Assembly: GCA_000320545.1 (NCBI GenBank)
Contig: ADNK01001323.1
Span: forward strand, 1 to 54,705
DNA from: Bigelowiella natans CCMP2755
Lineage: Eukaryota > Protista > Cercozoa
Direction: 5' to 3'
Length of the DNA: 54,705 nt
A program made the position numbers and the translations under genes. Under the pieces are notes generated by a model, which did no database searches, was not told where the DNA came from, and saw only the letters and a program-made list of their open reading frames with translations. This document shows, piece after piece, positions 22,950-40,054 of the stretch; position 1 is the first letter of the stretch, and the number at the start of each line of letters is the position of its first letter.

Positions 22950-22972
22950 CGTGGCCGGAGAGTCACGTATTA

Positions 22973-24801
22973 ATGGAGAATGGCCGGAGGGCAGACTCAG
23001 CCGTGAGTTGTAGCACGTGCCCTACCGGGCCTGTTGATTAGTATTCCAAGGACCAAACCGCCTTCGGGATCGACTTGTGTTCTTCTACTGCCGCCTGGCA
23101 CTCGAAGGCTTTACTACGACGGGTTAAATGGAGGAGGAGAGGCCAACATCAGCTCACTTCATCATAGACGATGACAGTTTGGAGGAGGAGAACATCGAGG
23201 AAGAGGACAATGGGACCTCGTTCCTGAAGAAAGAGGTCGTAACTGATTATTTATTGTTCAGTGTTGATGTAAGAATTGTGACTAGGAGATAATGTAAAAA
23301 TTTTTGCTCGTTAAGCCACCGAAGGCCCGGAGTTACAAAATAAACAATAATGACACCTTACCAGCAGTTATGGGGTCATAAGTCCGAGTCGAAATGAAGT
23401 TACGATCCAACAGTGACACATCATCTATCTCTCCCTGACCATTATATGTGCAATGCTGCTGCTATTGGCAATCAGGGGACTGGACAATTTGCTCGTAGTA
23501 TCCCCACGACGTCTGCTGCCCTGCCATCATCATCATCATCATCATCGTCATCATTACCATCACAGAACTACCGTTCTTTAGGACATAGTTTTAGCCACAA
23601 TACCAGCCAGCATATTGCACATGCAGCACGACGACTTAGTAACGCAAACCTGGCCTCTGCGGTTCTCATCAACCCTGTTAATAATAAGGCTGATGATGAG
23701 GCACTACAACCACTACCACGACCAACAACACCAGCAGCAGCAGCAGCAGCAGCTACTATCACTCCCACCACCTTGCCATCATCGCTGCTAGACCAGAAAT
23801 CTAGTGTTACCACAAATGTGCTTGATGTGGTAGAAGCTATCCCCGAAGAAAAAGGCAGAAGAGGAAGAAGAAGAGGAGGAGGTGGGGGCCAGAAGATAAA
23901 CAGCTCTCCCACTCTCTTTCTGCAGAGATCGGAATCCCCTGAGGTAAGCTGCGATAATGATGATGATGGTGACCATCATCATCATCATCATCACACAATG
24001 GCCGTCACGGTAGACGATTCGGTGCTTGAGATCGATGTTGCTGCAACGGCGAAGAAGACGCACAACCACCACCACCGTCCTCCTCTTACGTCGTTGTCAC
24101 CATCATCACCATCATCATCATCACAACCATCATCATCACTATCATCATCATCATCATCGAAGATCCTCCTCCTTCCTGGAGTCTGGACGACCAACCACGG
24201 CTATGAGTACGTTGTGATGAATACGGGAGAAGTATTCCTTCAGACCCATTTGCTGCCGTGGGCGCGTTTGCAGCTTGTTGGTAAGTCAAAGGAGGAGGAC
24301 AAGGCAGCACTCTGTTGCACTGATGATATAAAGGGCGAGAGTCGTGAAGAAGTAGCTAGGGATGATGAGGATGATGATAACGATGATGTCGCATGCCAAG
24401 GGCATGAAAAAGAGGATAAGAAGAAAGACAGGGAAGCAGCACGAAGTCGACGACAACGACGACAACGTCAGTTGTTGGAGGAGGAGGAGGATTTCGAACA
24501 CGGTATAAGAAGCTCCAAATAATGATAATAATAATAATAATAATATTGTGTAATTATCCACGATAGCTATTGCTGTCATCCCCATATCACCACCACCACT
24601 AGCAGCAGCAGCCATCATGGGAGTCGTCGTTGTACGTTTATGATCAAATTCATCGCTAAACCACCACCACCTCCTCCAAACGATTAAGCTGGTGGTATTA
24701 TTACTACCGACCTATTGATTCAGGACAATGTGAGAGGTGGCCTCAGGAAGTGGAGATTACCGACCTTAAGAATGGAAGAAAGTAGTGCTTAAAAATACTA
24801 G

Positions 24802-24834
<33 letters not shown>

Positions 24835-25868
24835 TGGAAATCGGAATAGTAGGAATAGTAATATTAGTTGTTGGAGTAGTAGTTCTCTAAAAGCAAAGGG
24901 GTGACACCTTACACTAATTGTTGTGTTTAATCTATGATTTCTCTTCTTAAGGAATCATGGTATCATTCGTGGCGAAGGCAGTCGTATTGTTTGGGATGAC
25001 GGCGATGGATGGTATTGGCTTTCATCCACGGCCCCTGCTCGATTGCCTGATCATCGAGCTGGTGTGTACTTCTTTGCACCGAACGCTCTCAATGAGTATT
25101 ATTTTCGAGGAGGAGGAGAGGAGAAGGATAAGTCTCCTGATGTTAAAGCAAACACTGCTAATAACGAGGCATCATCGTCGTCATCACGGCAATCAAGAGG
25201 GGTGTCGGATGACGGTGGCTTTGCATTTGCACCAACGTACTGCAAATACTACTATACTACTTTTAGTAGTTGTTGTTCTAGTAGTAATAGCAGAGAGGGG
25301 GGGAAAGAGAGGTTGAAGCCTTCAGAGGGATTTTGAAGGAGAAGAAGAAGAAGGAGTAAAAGTCAAAGATGACGATGATGATAATGATGAGTGGGGCAGC
25401 TATTAGGAGCAAATTGAGATTCATTGAGCATTATCCTCATAATGGTCAATGAGATTGAGGAGATGGTGGTGACGATTAGTGATGATAATGGATGATGACG
25501 CCATCACCATTCTTACTTATTTTGTTACTGAACGTGTAATAATATATTCTCACCCAACAACAGCAGCTAGGTACAAATGTAACATTTATCCCCCCCCCCC
25601 CCCCCTTACTGTTTCCTACCTCGTTCAGGCTCGTAAGTGCTCGAAACGGCATCAACGTGGGATCGATTGTGAAAGTGAAAAGTCTCACTTCTGAGATGGT
25701 GTACGGCAAGGTGGTAGGCCTGGATGTGGATGGTAAGTGTCGTATACAGATTGTGCAGGAGAATGGCAGGGAGAGAATAATATCAACTCCTTTTGGAAAT
25801 CTAAGGTGGTGATGATGATTGCACCAGAAGAAGAAGGAAGAAAAGACAGAAATGAGAGGAAACATAGA

Positions 25869-25925
<57 letters not shown>

Positions 25926-26768
25926 GGCATGAGAAGGAATTCTTGTGAGGATGAGCTGATGCTTGCACTAGGTAGATAGTAGTAGTAGTAGTAGTAGTAG
26001 TAGTGCCTTAGATTTGCATGCATATATAACTCCCCCGCCATTTCTCTCTATACCTGAAGTAAGCTAGAAGTCATGGGGCATCATCCATCCGCATGGCTTA
26101 TTTGGTACTGTATGAATGACAAACGACTGTCTTCTTGTTTTATGATGAGTAGGCCAGCTACAGTAGCAGAGGGGGGGAAGGTAGAAGGAATCAACAACTA
26201 TACTGGGAAGAACAACAACACCAACAACACTATCATCACTACCACCACAACTGCCATCTCGAAAGTCCCTGCAGAGACCAGCATTTCACAGGTAATGATG
26301 ATGCTGCTGCATATTGTTGTAGTAGTAGTAGTAGTAGTAGTATGATGATCTATCTCGTGAACAAGTTCCAAGGCAGCAGCATGTATGACGCAAGTTCTCT
26401 GCTCTAGTAGTAGCCATTAATTGTGATATCCCCGTTCCTTCTTCCTCCTCTTCTTCTTCTCTTCTTTTCATTGAAGAGGTAGTAGTAGTAGTAGTAGTAG
26501 TTGTTGTTGTAGTAGTAGTAGCAGTGGTATATGTTGATAGATTCCTCCTCCTACTCCTCCTTCTTATCATCCATCCTGCTGCTGGCTCTTCTGCTCACCG
26601 CTTGCCTTGTACTTATGCCCTTTTCAGGTGGAGAATTCGCACTACACGCATACTTTCGTAAGGGTTCTAACCAGGACGACGGGTATACCCATCACGCACA
26701 GCGGTAAGTATTAGCGGGAGGAGGAGGAGGAGGAGGAGGAGGAGGGGGAGGGGGAAGATAGTAGCCCC

Positions 26769-26800
<32 letters not shown>

Positions 26801-28647
26801 AATGATAGGAAGGAAGAAGGGGATATAGCATGTCAAGCAGAAATAATACTTTTCTTTCTCATTGTCCCCATGATCATAAAATAGTAAACAAGCAACATTC
26901 AATGCAGGTGTTCTGGTAGAGACCAAGATAAATAATAAGCCCGTCGAGCAAGTATGGATCATGATAAATATTACAAAGATGATGATGATAACTGATTAGT
27001 TGATAATCATGATGATGATGATGATGAATGAGTGAAAAGAGAAGAACGGTAGGCGTACGTACTCTATGTAACATCGGCATTTTACCTTTGATTCATCTAT
27101 TATTACCTTGGTCATCTGATTTCATCTCTCATCCCACCCCCCTCTTCCTTACCCTCACATCTTCTTTCATCTTTCATGATCATGATCACCATCCACGTTA
27201 TCACTGATAACGATGGTGAAAGACTGTGGTGGATCTGATTGAGTTCCAAGGCAAACCGTATATCGCGATAAGAGAATATATGTAATATGATCGTGCTCTT
27301 TTCCGGCACCACACTCATAACACCCAACAGAAAGAAAGAAAGAGAGAGGAGGGGGGAGGTGATATCGTGTTGTTCCATTTCCTCTACTTTGTTTATAATA
27401 TTTATCCTCCTCCATATGATTAATAGCACTCTCTTGTTATCATAAGCTAAGTATGCATACATATTGCATCATTCTCCCTCATCTTTCGTAGTAGTAGTAG
27501 TAGTAATAGTAGTAATAGTAATAGTAGTATAGGAGTGAAGTAGGAGCAGCTTGCCCTAACATGTTCCCATTACTACTACTTCTTTAATCACTTTATTCAG
27601 GAGAACATACCACATGGACAACTGGTTGTTATGAACGCTTTATTGATAAAGAATCTATAAAGAATTTATTCGTTGTTGTCGTCGTCATCGTCGTTGTTTG
27701 TATCTTAAGCTCACAACTTCAGGAGTGTGCCAGCAGCAGCAGCAGTAGTAGTAGTAGTAGTATTTGTTGTAGTAGTGGTGGTCAGCTTTCTGCTCCGTCC
27801 TTTGTTTTTGATTTCCATCAAAAGGGAATAGTAGTGCGACAACTATGATGTATTTGCTGAGAATTATTGTGTCAATTGTTATCACAAGGGATGACGACAA
27901 CCACATAGTCAAATTCTATCGAGAGGGATTCTACGACGCTGGAAAGAAGGCATGGACAAAAACCACACTATCTGGTACAAATGGAAAGGTACTACTACTA
28001 CTACTATTACTACTACTAATTGAGTGATGCAGCACCAGCATCATGATCAATCAATGAATAATGTACCGTCATTTATCATCATCATCATCATCATCATTTA
28101 TCACATTACGTCCGCAACGACTATGCTACTGCTGCTACTACTACTCCTGATAAATCCTTCTCAAGCTGTATCAATAATAAGTATGTGAATGAATCAATTT
28201 TTATGCTGCTTCAATACTGTATAATTTAGCCTGTGAGCTACCGTGTGTGGGAGGGAAACAGCACAGATAAAGATGCAGGTCAAAAGGTAATAAAAGGGGT
28301 GCTACTCATGCTTGCCAATGCTGATTCTCATCATCATGATCAGGCTCATGGTAAATGGATACAACGCATAGAGGAGTGTATCAGAGAAGCAGCGAGAGGG
28401 GAATTTAAGGTAGTAATAGAATGATAGTAATGATGATGATGATGCTCTTGTGTGTGTGTGGGGGGGGGGGATATATAATGTAAGATGTATATGAATGGCG
28501 TATATGATAGCTACATGGTGTATCATAGGAACATAATAATTATAATAACAATAAAAAACACTGATGGTGGTGAATCTTTTCTCATCTCTCACTTCGATTT
28601 GTGCAGCAATTATTGATTGTGTTTGCCCTCCTTGTTGTCGTCTTTGC

Positions 28648-28680
<33 letters not shown>

Positions 28681-29429
28681 CGTTATTATCGTGGGTTTCT
28701 TTCTCCTTTCAGCTCATGTCTCGAAACTGCCAGCATGCTGCCGCATATACGATGAACAAACTCAAAACGGAGGCAGGTAGTAGCAAATCGGCATATTATT
28801 ATTATTATAATTATCATTATTTTAACCATCATCAACGTTGGCTAGATATGCGATGTACTCTGTTCTGCGTTCACCTCCTCCTCCCCCCTTTTGTTTTAAA
28901 ATTAGAATACATTCATAATCGTCATCATCATCATCTTTATCATCATCATCATCATGTTCTTCATCATCACAAAATCAGCAGCAATATGTGTCACCCTGTA
29001 GTGATGCTGATATGGTTTTCTTCCTCTTTCTCTTCCTCCTCTTCCTCTTCCTCCTCCTCCTCCTCCTTCTGCGTCCATCCAGGAATCGTGGATGACCGTC
29101 ATGCGCAACCTCCAAACCTACTCTTCCGCATGTTCGCGTCCTCCTCAACGTGGGTTCCAACCCCAGCAACAACACCAAAGCAGGGAGGAGGAGGAGGAGG
29201 AGGAGGAGGAGGAGGAGGAGAGCAAAAGGTAGTGGGGGAAGCGGCTAGCCACCCTTTGCCTATTTTGCACGAAAAACAAGGTGTAGCCGATAATGGCGAT
29301 GATGATGGTGGTAATAACGGAGAATCTGGCGCAGTAGTGACGATGTCTAACACTCCACCTTCACCCCGTGTCCTACCACCTGTACCGCCAACCCCATTGG
29401 CAAGTAGTGGTGACAAGTTGGTCAACTAG
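22973..29429 (+). CDS. Large low-complexity multi-exon protein with a C-terminal permuted papain-like (PPPDE/LRAT-type NlpC/P60) domain
   Basis: A phase-consistent hand model starts MENGRRADSA|YSKDQTAFGIDL and leads into ORF 23413-24522. Later exons give IPITHS|GVLVET (His at 26697) and REAARGEFK|LMSRNCQHAA (Cys at 28728; intron 28410-28712), matching H-x-G-V/I followed by L-x-x-N-C-x-H. Stop at 29427-29429. Confidence 0.5.
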
Positions 29430-29442
29430 TATCTGTATAAAT

Positions 29443-29514
<72 letters not shown>

Positions 29515-29649
29515 CATGTAGGTGTGAGTGTGCAAGTGAGTGTGTGTGTGTGTGTGCGTGTGTGTGTGGATACTATGCGAAAGGAAATGATTGATAGTTA
29601 GTGTAGTAGAAGAATTGGAAGGAACTTTAGCCATCTCCCCGTGCCTCTA

Positions 29650-30620
29650 GTATTTATTAACTCTAGGACTATCGACTACTCGCCTTGTACATGACAATTA
29701 GAACTTAGCGAGCATCTAATATAAACTAGTAGAACACGAATAACTACATCTCTGATGTAGCACATGCTAGCATAGCATGCTAGCTCTAGAGCTAGGCTGA
29801 GCTATCTGGCTGTCTAGCTGTGCTAGTGCACAGCTAGACAGTGTGAAACGCAATGATGCAAACATCATTTGAAAAGCGGCGCATGCATGCTAGCTAGCAT
29901 GCGATAGACATGCAATATGTACTAGGGCGCGTTGAACATGCTAGCATGCACTAGATGCAGCCTCGCACCGCTAGCAGCTAGCTACCTAGTTAGCTTGTGC
30001 GTACACTGTGCTAGCATAGCTAGATAGCACGTCCACGTCGCGACGTCGCGACGTGCTAGCGTGTGTGCAATGCTGGAGCATGGCTACATAGATGGTGCAG
30101 CCGTGCTAGCTGCCACAGCGTAGCTAGCGTGTGCTACGTACGCACCTGCTAGCTAGCTAGCTAGCCTGCTGTCAAGCTAGCAAGCTAGCAAGCTGCACTA
30201 CTCCATCTAGTACTACAGACTATTCTGATGGTGCATCGCACTGCATGCATGATCGAATGCTAGAATTATAATGGCTCGCGATGCAAGTAGCTACTAGCAA
30301 GTGCATGGCAAACTCAGAATGGTGTCATCATTGCAGATTGTAGCCTCATCACACTAGCACTTGCTAGCTTGTGCGTGCCGTGTAGGTGCAGCATTCAGGT
30401 GACTAATAATGACATCTCCAGTATCTCCAGCCAATCTTGCAATGCAAGCAGCTACACTCGTGCATAACATGCACAATCTAGCAATGTGCATGCATCCAAA
30501 AACTGCCAACGGCATTTCATGATGACTATGTTACTCTTATTTATACGTGTGCAGCGAGGAATGCAGCACGCATTCACATCGACTAACAAAATTATTATTG
30601 CATTGAACATTGAATCTTGT
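29650..30620. repeat. Palindrome-dense block 4 (convergent junction), the most extreme example
   Basis: Almost continuous CTAG/AGCT/TGCA/CATG/ACGT units (e.g. GCATGCATGCTAGCTAGCATGC, GCTAGCTAGCTAGCTAGC) between stops at 29429 (+) and 30925 (-). Confidence 0.85.
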
Positions 30621-30880
30621 GCTATTACATTGCACATATCTTGTAAATCTTAGGTTGTTGTTACTTACGTAGCACATGACAATTGTGTTTGTGACAAAGC
30701 CTTGAGTCCAACAAATTTCTGGGATATCATCCGTCTCCTCCTCCTCCTCCTCCATCTCAAATAGCTTTATCGACGACTCAATTGTTTAGATGCATCTACT
30801 TCTACTTCTGCTTTTCTGGTTAATAAATAAAAAGGACAAAAGAGTAATAATAATGAACAAGTTGTGTAGCACTTAACAAC

Positions 30881-30913
<33 letters not shown>

Positions 30914-30924
30914 GTCTCACTACC

Positions 30925-34821
<3,897 letters not shown>

Positions 34822-36134
34822 CGTTCTGTCGATGATGAGATCTGGAGGAGTGGCAAAGGGTGCTCGCCCCTCGAATAAATCACAAAAATGAAGATGATTT
34901 CAACCCAGCGCTTATGTTTTTACATTGTCGCACTGTGTAATTAGACATCAGTCCGAGCTTACACTTCATTTGTACAGCCTGTGTAAAGGCCATTTTTGGA
35001 CAGAAAGCAATTGGGTACACGTATACACATGGAAACCAAGGCAAATCTTCGTATGCATGAATGTAGCCGTTAGACCTGTGCCGCCCAGGAAGGTAGGTGG
35101 TAAATTATTTCGGCTTCAACTGACAATACATTTTTCCATCATCTTTCACACTGATCCAAGACGCACAAAGTGAAATAAGAACGAAATAAGGAAGAATATA
35201 TCCTAAATATTTCCGCAATTTATCGGCATGTTGTTCAGTTGTTTAGAAAAGGCATGTGCAGAACGAAACGGCTCGTGTATCACCGGAGTATCTCTGGAGA
35301 GGCTAAATTCTCACAAGCATCGTAGGAGCGGTTCGTAGGACAATTTTGAATGGATATGTGCTCCTTACGCTGTCGTAGTGTACAAAAAACCAATCGCATA
35401 TGGGCTTCGTAACCTAGTTTGGGAAACCGGCGAGCTCATACAACAGAGAAACTTGTTTGCGACATCCAGATTACATTGTCGATGAACAAATATAGCCTAC
35501 GTAGATGGAAGGTGACGAATACACATTTCAGAGCTCTCTCCGACATGTGTGTGTCTCTCGGCTCTGTGTGTTCGTGTGAGTGTGTGTCATCATTGTGCTC
35601 TAACCTACTGACTAGTCTTGTGAGATTCGATTAATTTGTTTAACATTAATGTAGGGCTAGTTATCTGAAAGAAAGATGAACCAGGGAAAGGACTTATTTG
35701 AAGTTGTAAACGAAAGGCGAACAAATGAGAAAGTCACGACTGAAGCTACTTGTATCAAGGAGTCCAACGAAGAAAAAGATCGTGTGGCACGATGAGTAAG
35801 AGCAAATCAAACCTTCTGGAATCATGATATTTTGTAGTATCATCTTTTCATTTGAATGTATGATTGATCTCGATACACATGCTGCTACATCAAAAAGGAG
35901 AAGTATGTACTACTTTGCATCTATGTCTTATAATCTTCAATCTTTCTGCTTAAGATGCAAGGATTCGGATCGGAAATCACGTGTTGCTGGGGTAAGGTCT
36001 AAGTGATCTAGCTGCATAAAAGAGTGTGGTGGGGGGGGCATGGTATAACGTACTTTGATGTAACTTCTTTGACTTAATTTGCTTAGGGGGTTTCGAGTGA
36101 TCGGTATGAGAAAGCTCGCACGGCTTTCGTGAGC

Positions 36135-38480
36135 ATGGCAAAGGTAAAGGCGGTCATCGATTCACAACGAAAGCATATAGTAAAATTTTGGTTTATATCA
36201 TTCCATTCGTTTCAGATGAGAGAGAAAGGAGATGACACAGCAGAAGGGGAGAATAAGAAAGGAATATTGAAGATGGCTCCTCCGAAGAAATTCAGTAACC
36301 TACATGAAGGTGGAAGGAGGGACGAAAGGATCAGAAAGTCTTCGCCTAGCTCGGATGAAAGTTTCGGAGGGTTCTTCCAATCTAGAGGGCGTTCAAAAGC
36401 TCCAACGGATACCTCTATAACTTCCGTGGATTCAAACGTTTCCGATCCATTGGGAAAATCATCGTCAAATCTTGGTATGAGGTCGACTAGGATTAATCGA
36501 AGTAAGATCAACAGAAACGGTTCCAATCAATTGTTAAATCTTGGTATGAGTTCGACTAGAATTAATCGAAGTAGGAGCAACAGAAGACTAGGAGCGAATT
36601 CTTCTATGATGTCTATTGCTGAGAGCTATAGTTCCTCCCTTTATGGCTTTTCCGTGTCGAAAGCAAGCCTAGCTTCATTCAGTCGCTCAGAGGTCATGTC
36701 TTGGGATAATAAAAAGAGAGATCTTTATATATTCAAGAGAACGCTGAAGAGAATGCGTTTGTCGCAAGCAAGGAAACGCCGACACAATGTGGATTCGATT
36801 CAAATATTTTGTAGAGAATTACGTTTTAAGCTAAATCTGAAGCAAAACACTCAGTTGATTAAATGGATTGGATATATGGGTAGTATGAGATATGCACGTG
36901 CAAGCCGGAGGAGAGTACATTACGATAAATTAATTTGCTCTGACATCGTCGACGAAGGTGGGGAGTCTCTAGATCCACGACATAGAATCCGCGAGGCACT
37001 CTGGAACAATGCCAGGGTGGTCGTTAAACTGTCAAAATTTCGTCCAGGCGATAAGAAAACACAATGGCAGATACTTGCTGAAACTCCCAAGTCGCACTAC
37101 GTTGAAGTCAAAATTGTATACGACGGTCCCCCTCCTTTGGAATCTAAGCATGTGCTTATGTATGGCAACCATAATGGCTATGAAGATGCAGTCCATATGG
37201 TAAACGAGGCAGATGGTAAGTTCACCGCCACGCTCAAGGTTCCAGATGGTTGGAAACTTAAGTTTTTCTTCGATGTTGACCATAATAAGCAGTTAAGCTA
37301 TAGCTACGATTCCGAAAATCTTGAAGTTCGTCGCGGACTCATATTCGAGCAGAATACCAAGATGTGCGGGACTAAACACAGCGCCCCTGAGATAGAAAAG
37401 GAACCCAACTTGCTGTCAATGATGGAGAAAAAGACACTTTGGAACAAAATATTGGGCAATGAGGTGAAAAAGGTTAAGAAGCTAAAGCGGTGGAGATACC
37501 AGATCCCAGGATTGCCTGAAGGCGAAAACCACGACAGGCTATTCTCTTTAGATTGGAGAGAGGTACAGCTAAATGACGTAGTTCCATTGGCAGAAGATAG
37601 GAAACGTATTGGAGAGGTTATGAAACTACAATGGAATAACCTACAGCAAATCTACAAATTTCACTCTTGCCAGAGGGAACCTCTGTTCTATCTGTCACGA
37701 ATGGATTTCATTAACCTCATAGGAGCACAAAAAATGTACGACCGGAAGCTGAAACCATCAGACACAGAGGACATTTTCGAAAGGGTAAATATTCCGGAAG
37801 ATTATGGGTCAGATTCTGATATGGAAGGGCTTGAAGACGGAGCTAAGGGAGGCTTCAACATCGTCGAGCAGGAAGATAACCCAAATACCCTTTTTGTTCG
37901 TTCGGAGTTCCTAGAAGCTTTAGTTCGTATCTCGCTCCGGAAATACCCAGAGATGGATGCCGAGGTGGCTTTTGACACATTGCTCGAAACTTACATACTA
38001 AAAAATGAGCAAAGATGCGTGGAGGAGATATCAAAATTTCGTGATCTCATGACTGAACCAGATGTCAAAGCGGCATTTAGGCCATACTTGGAGAAGCTGT
38101 ATAAGCGAACGTTCCTTAAAGTTGCTGGACTTGATCACCTCGAAGCTTCCGAGGGATCTGATACTATCTCATGGACAGAGTTTTCTTCATTTTTACGGCA
38201 CAGAGGCTTTCTAGCCACGTCAAAAAGCATATCGAACCGAGGTCTCACACGGAGGGAGGCGTCGATGAGCTTTGGGTTGCCAATAGAGCCAAAACTCTCT
38301 AATGCACTACCCGAGATGGAATGGGCGGCCTTCCTTGAGATGTTGTTAAGAGTATCAGGGTTTATGTTCAAGAACCCTAAGAACTCATGGCCAGAAGTTG
38401 TTAAGTTAATGTGCAAAGAATTATCTGGAAACATGGGTGGCCATCTGAGAATACATCATGGTTATAAAAGTTTGCATTGA
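36135..38480 (+). CDS. Protein with a CBM48/AMPK-beta-like glycogen-binding domain and a C-terminal EF-hand-like helical region; almost entirely one 2.26-kb exon
   Basis: 783-aa ORF. VKIVYDG...VLMYGNHNGYEDAVHMVNEADGKFTATLKVPDGWKLKFFFDVD lies at ~37101-37310. The C-terminal part has LSRMDFINL, TEDIFERVN, FVRSEFLEALVRISLRKY and MEWAAFLEMLLRV. A possible 72-nt 5' intron spans 36144-36215. Confidence 0.75.
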   Translation: MAKVKAVIDSQRKHIVKFWFISFHSFQMREKGDDTAEGENKKGILKMAPPKKFSNLHEGGRRDERIRKSSPSSDESFGGFFQSRGRSKAPTDTSITSVDSNVSDPLGKSSSNLGMRSTRINRSKINRNGSNQLLNLGMSSTRINRSRSNRRLGANSSMMSIAESYSSSLYGFSVSKASLASFSRSEVMSWDNKKRDLYIFKRTLKRMRLSQARKRRHNVDSIQIFCRELRFKLNLKQNTQLIKWIGYMGSMRYARASRRRVHYDKLICSDIVDEGGESLDPRHRIREALWNNARVVVKLSKFRPGDKKTQWQILAETPKSHYVEVKIVYDGPPPLESKHVLMYGNHNGYEDAVHMVNEADGKFTATLKVPDGWKLKFFFDVDHNKQLSYSYDSENLEVRRGLIFEQNTKMCGTKHSAPEIEKEPNLLSMMEKKTLWNKILGNEVKKVKKLKRWRYQIPGLPEGENHDRLFSLDWREVQLNDVVPLAEDRKRIGEVMKLQWNNLQQIYKFHSCQREPLFYLSRMDFINLIGAQKMYDRKLKPSDTEDIFERVNIPEDYGSDSDMEGLEDGAKGGFNIVEQEDNPNTLFVRSEFLEALVRISLRKYPEMDAEVAFDTLLETYILKNEQRCVEEISKFRDLMTEPDVKAAFRPYLEKLYKRTFLKVAGLDHLEASEGSDTISWTEFSSFLRHRGFLATSKSISNRGLTRREASMSFGLPIEPKLSNALPEMEWAAFLEMLLRVSGFMFKNPKNSWPEVVKLMCKELSGNMGGHLRIHHGYKSLH

Positions 38481-38589
38481 AAAAAACAACTTTGATCAGA
38501 GATGGCATGGTTTATCGTACATTATTAAGCTACATTTAGCTCAAACAAGAAATTTTAAATGTCATTTAGGACGGTACATCGAACCTCTG

Positions 38590-39930
38590 TCCCGTGTTGT
38601 AGCGTTGCATGTGTCTTTCCAGCATGCATCGTGTATGGTAGTATGAGACGGATTTAATGAAGTGGTTAAATTGCTTCAATTGTCATCCTTGTGTAGCTGT
38701 GCAAGTGCTGTATGTGGTAGCATGTTTTTGTACATCTACTTGCATGCTAGCATGACCATCACACGTCAACATTGAGGCGCATGGCTGTGCCCGAATGATC
38801 ATGATGGATACAGCAACATGATGTGCATGACATTGCAACAATGGACACAGCAACACATGACACGTGCAACACACGTGCAACGTGTCAACATGTTCCATGT
38901 CCATCATCCGAACAACACTACTCGATCGAGGCGTTCACCACGAGCAACGACGACAATTTGCATGTTTGAGCACACATGCATGCACACACACATACGTCGA
39001 TCTAGACATGTTTGGTGTTGTGAGACGGGTGCTATGCAATGAACGTGTTTGTTTTTTTCAATGATCATCCCAATCTAGCAATGCCAGAATTCTGGAATGT
39101 GCAAGACGGGTGTGATGAATCAAATCAAGTTTGTTCAGTGGTCATCCTGCATGCACGTGCGTGGCTGTGCAATGCAGCGGCCACAGCGCCATTGTCGTTG
39201 TGCATTCTGCGCTGTGCACTACAATCGTTGTGCGGGGCACCTGTGAGAAACAGAAATCGACCATGCCAGCATGCAATGCGTCGCAACGTGAACTTTCAGC
39301 GTTGCGTGGTTGCTCATTGCCGTGTCCGCTGCGTGCTGGCATGAGCTGCAGCGTCACCTGACAACTCAACACGATCGATGCATCTGAAACGATGTTCAGT
39401 GACCACGTCTGTTGACCCTTATTGCACGCTTTGCACGCAGATTCCTCCACTTCAGCGTCGTTGCGGGGAAGGCTGGCAAGGGTTCACGGACCGGGACCCT
39501 CAGGTCGTTCGATCACATCGCCAAGTGAAAAATCAGTGAATTGAGGGAACCGCCCCCAATTCTCTGCAACTGGTTGTCACAGGTCTTTGTCACACGTCCA
39601 AAGCCACACAATGCGCATGTCCACAGTTCACGACTAGTTGCCCACGGCCTAAAGTGCGCATCGGAGAATTGCAGTTTCCAACTGCAAGACTTCACCTCAC
39701 TTCAATTTGATGTCGCAGTGCGTGCACTTCACATGCACACATTGTGCACTTTGGTGCACGCATGCACCATCACAGGAAACTAGGAAACTCCAAATGCACA
39801 AAGACGCACGGCGTGCAGGTTCACACATGACGAGATGCGTGACGTGTATTATATGTGCGTTCACGTGAGAAACGTTCTCACGCAATGTGAATTGTCATTT
39901 GCAACAGGATTCTTGTCTTAACAATGCATG
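38590..39930. repeat. Palindrome-dense block 5 (convergent junction)
   Basis: TGCATGCTAGCATG, ACACGTGCAACACACGTGC, TGCATGCACGTGCGTG and GTGAGAAACGTTCTCAC lie between stops at 38480 (+) and ~40055 (-). Confidence 0.75.
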
Positions 39931-40054
39931 CAATGGTCATTGCTGTTGCATGCTACTGGGTGATGATGAGCTTCTGCCTTGGTTACTGTCTTTCTCATTC
40001 CGTGTAGCCATGCAACTACCACGACGACGACGACTACGACGAATGCTACTACTA

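Noticed and set aside
26900-27290. SRPBCC-like (VETKINNKPVEQVW) or PC4-like (IEFQGKPYIAIREY) domains
   Set aside because: The resemblances are short. The phase-consistent splice puts THS|GVLV in front, which fits a permuted papain His strand better. Not excluded without a profile search.
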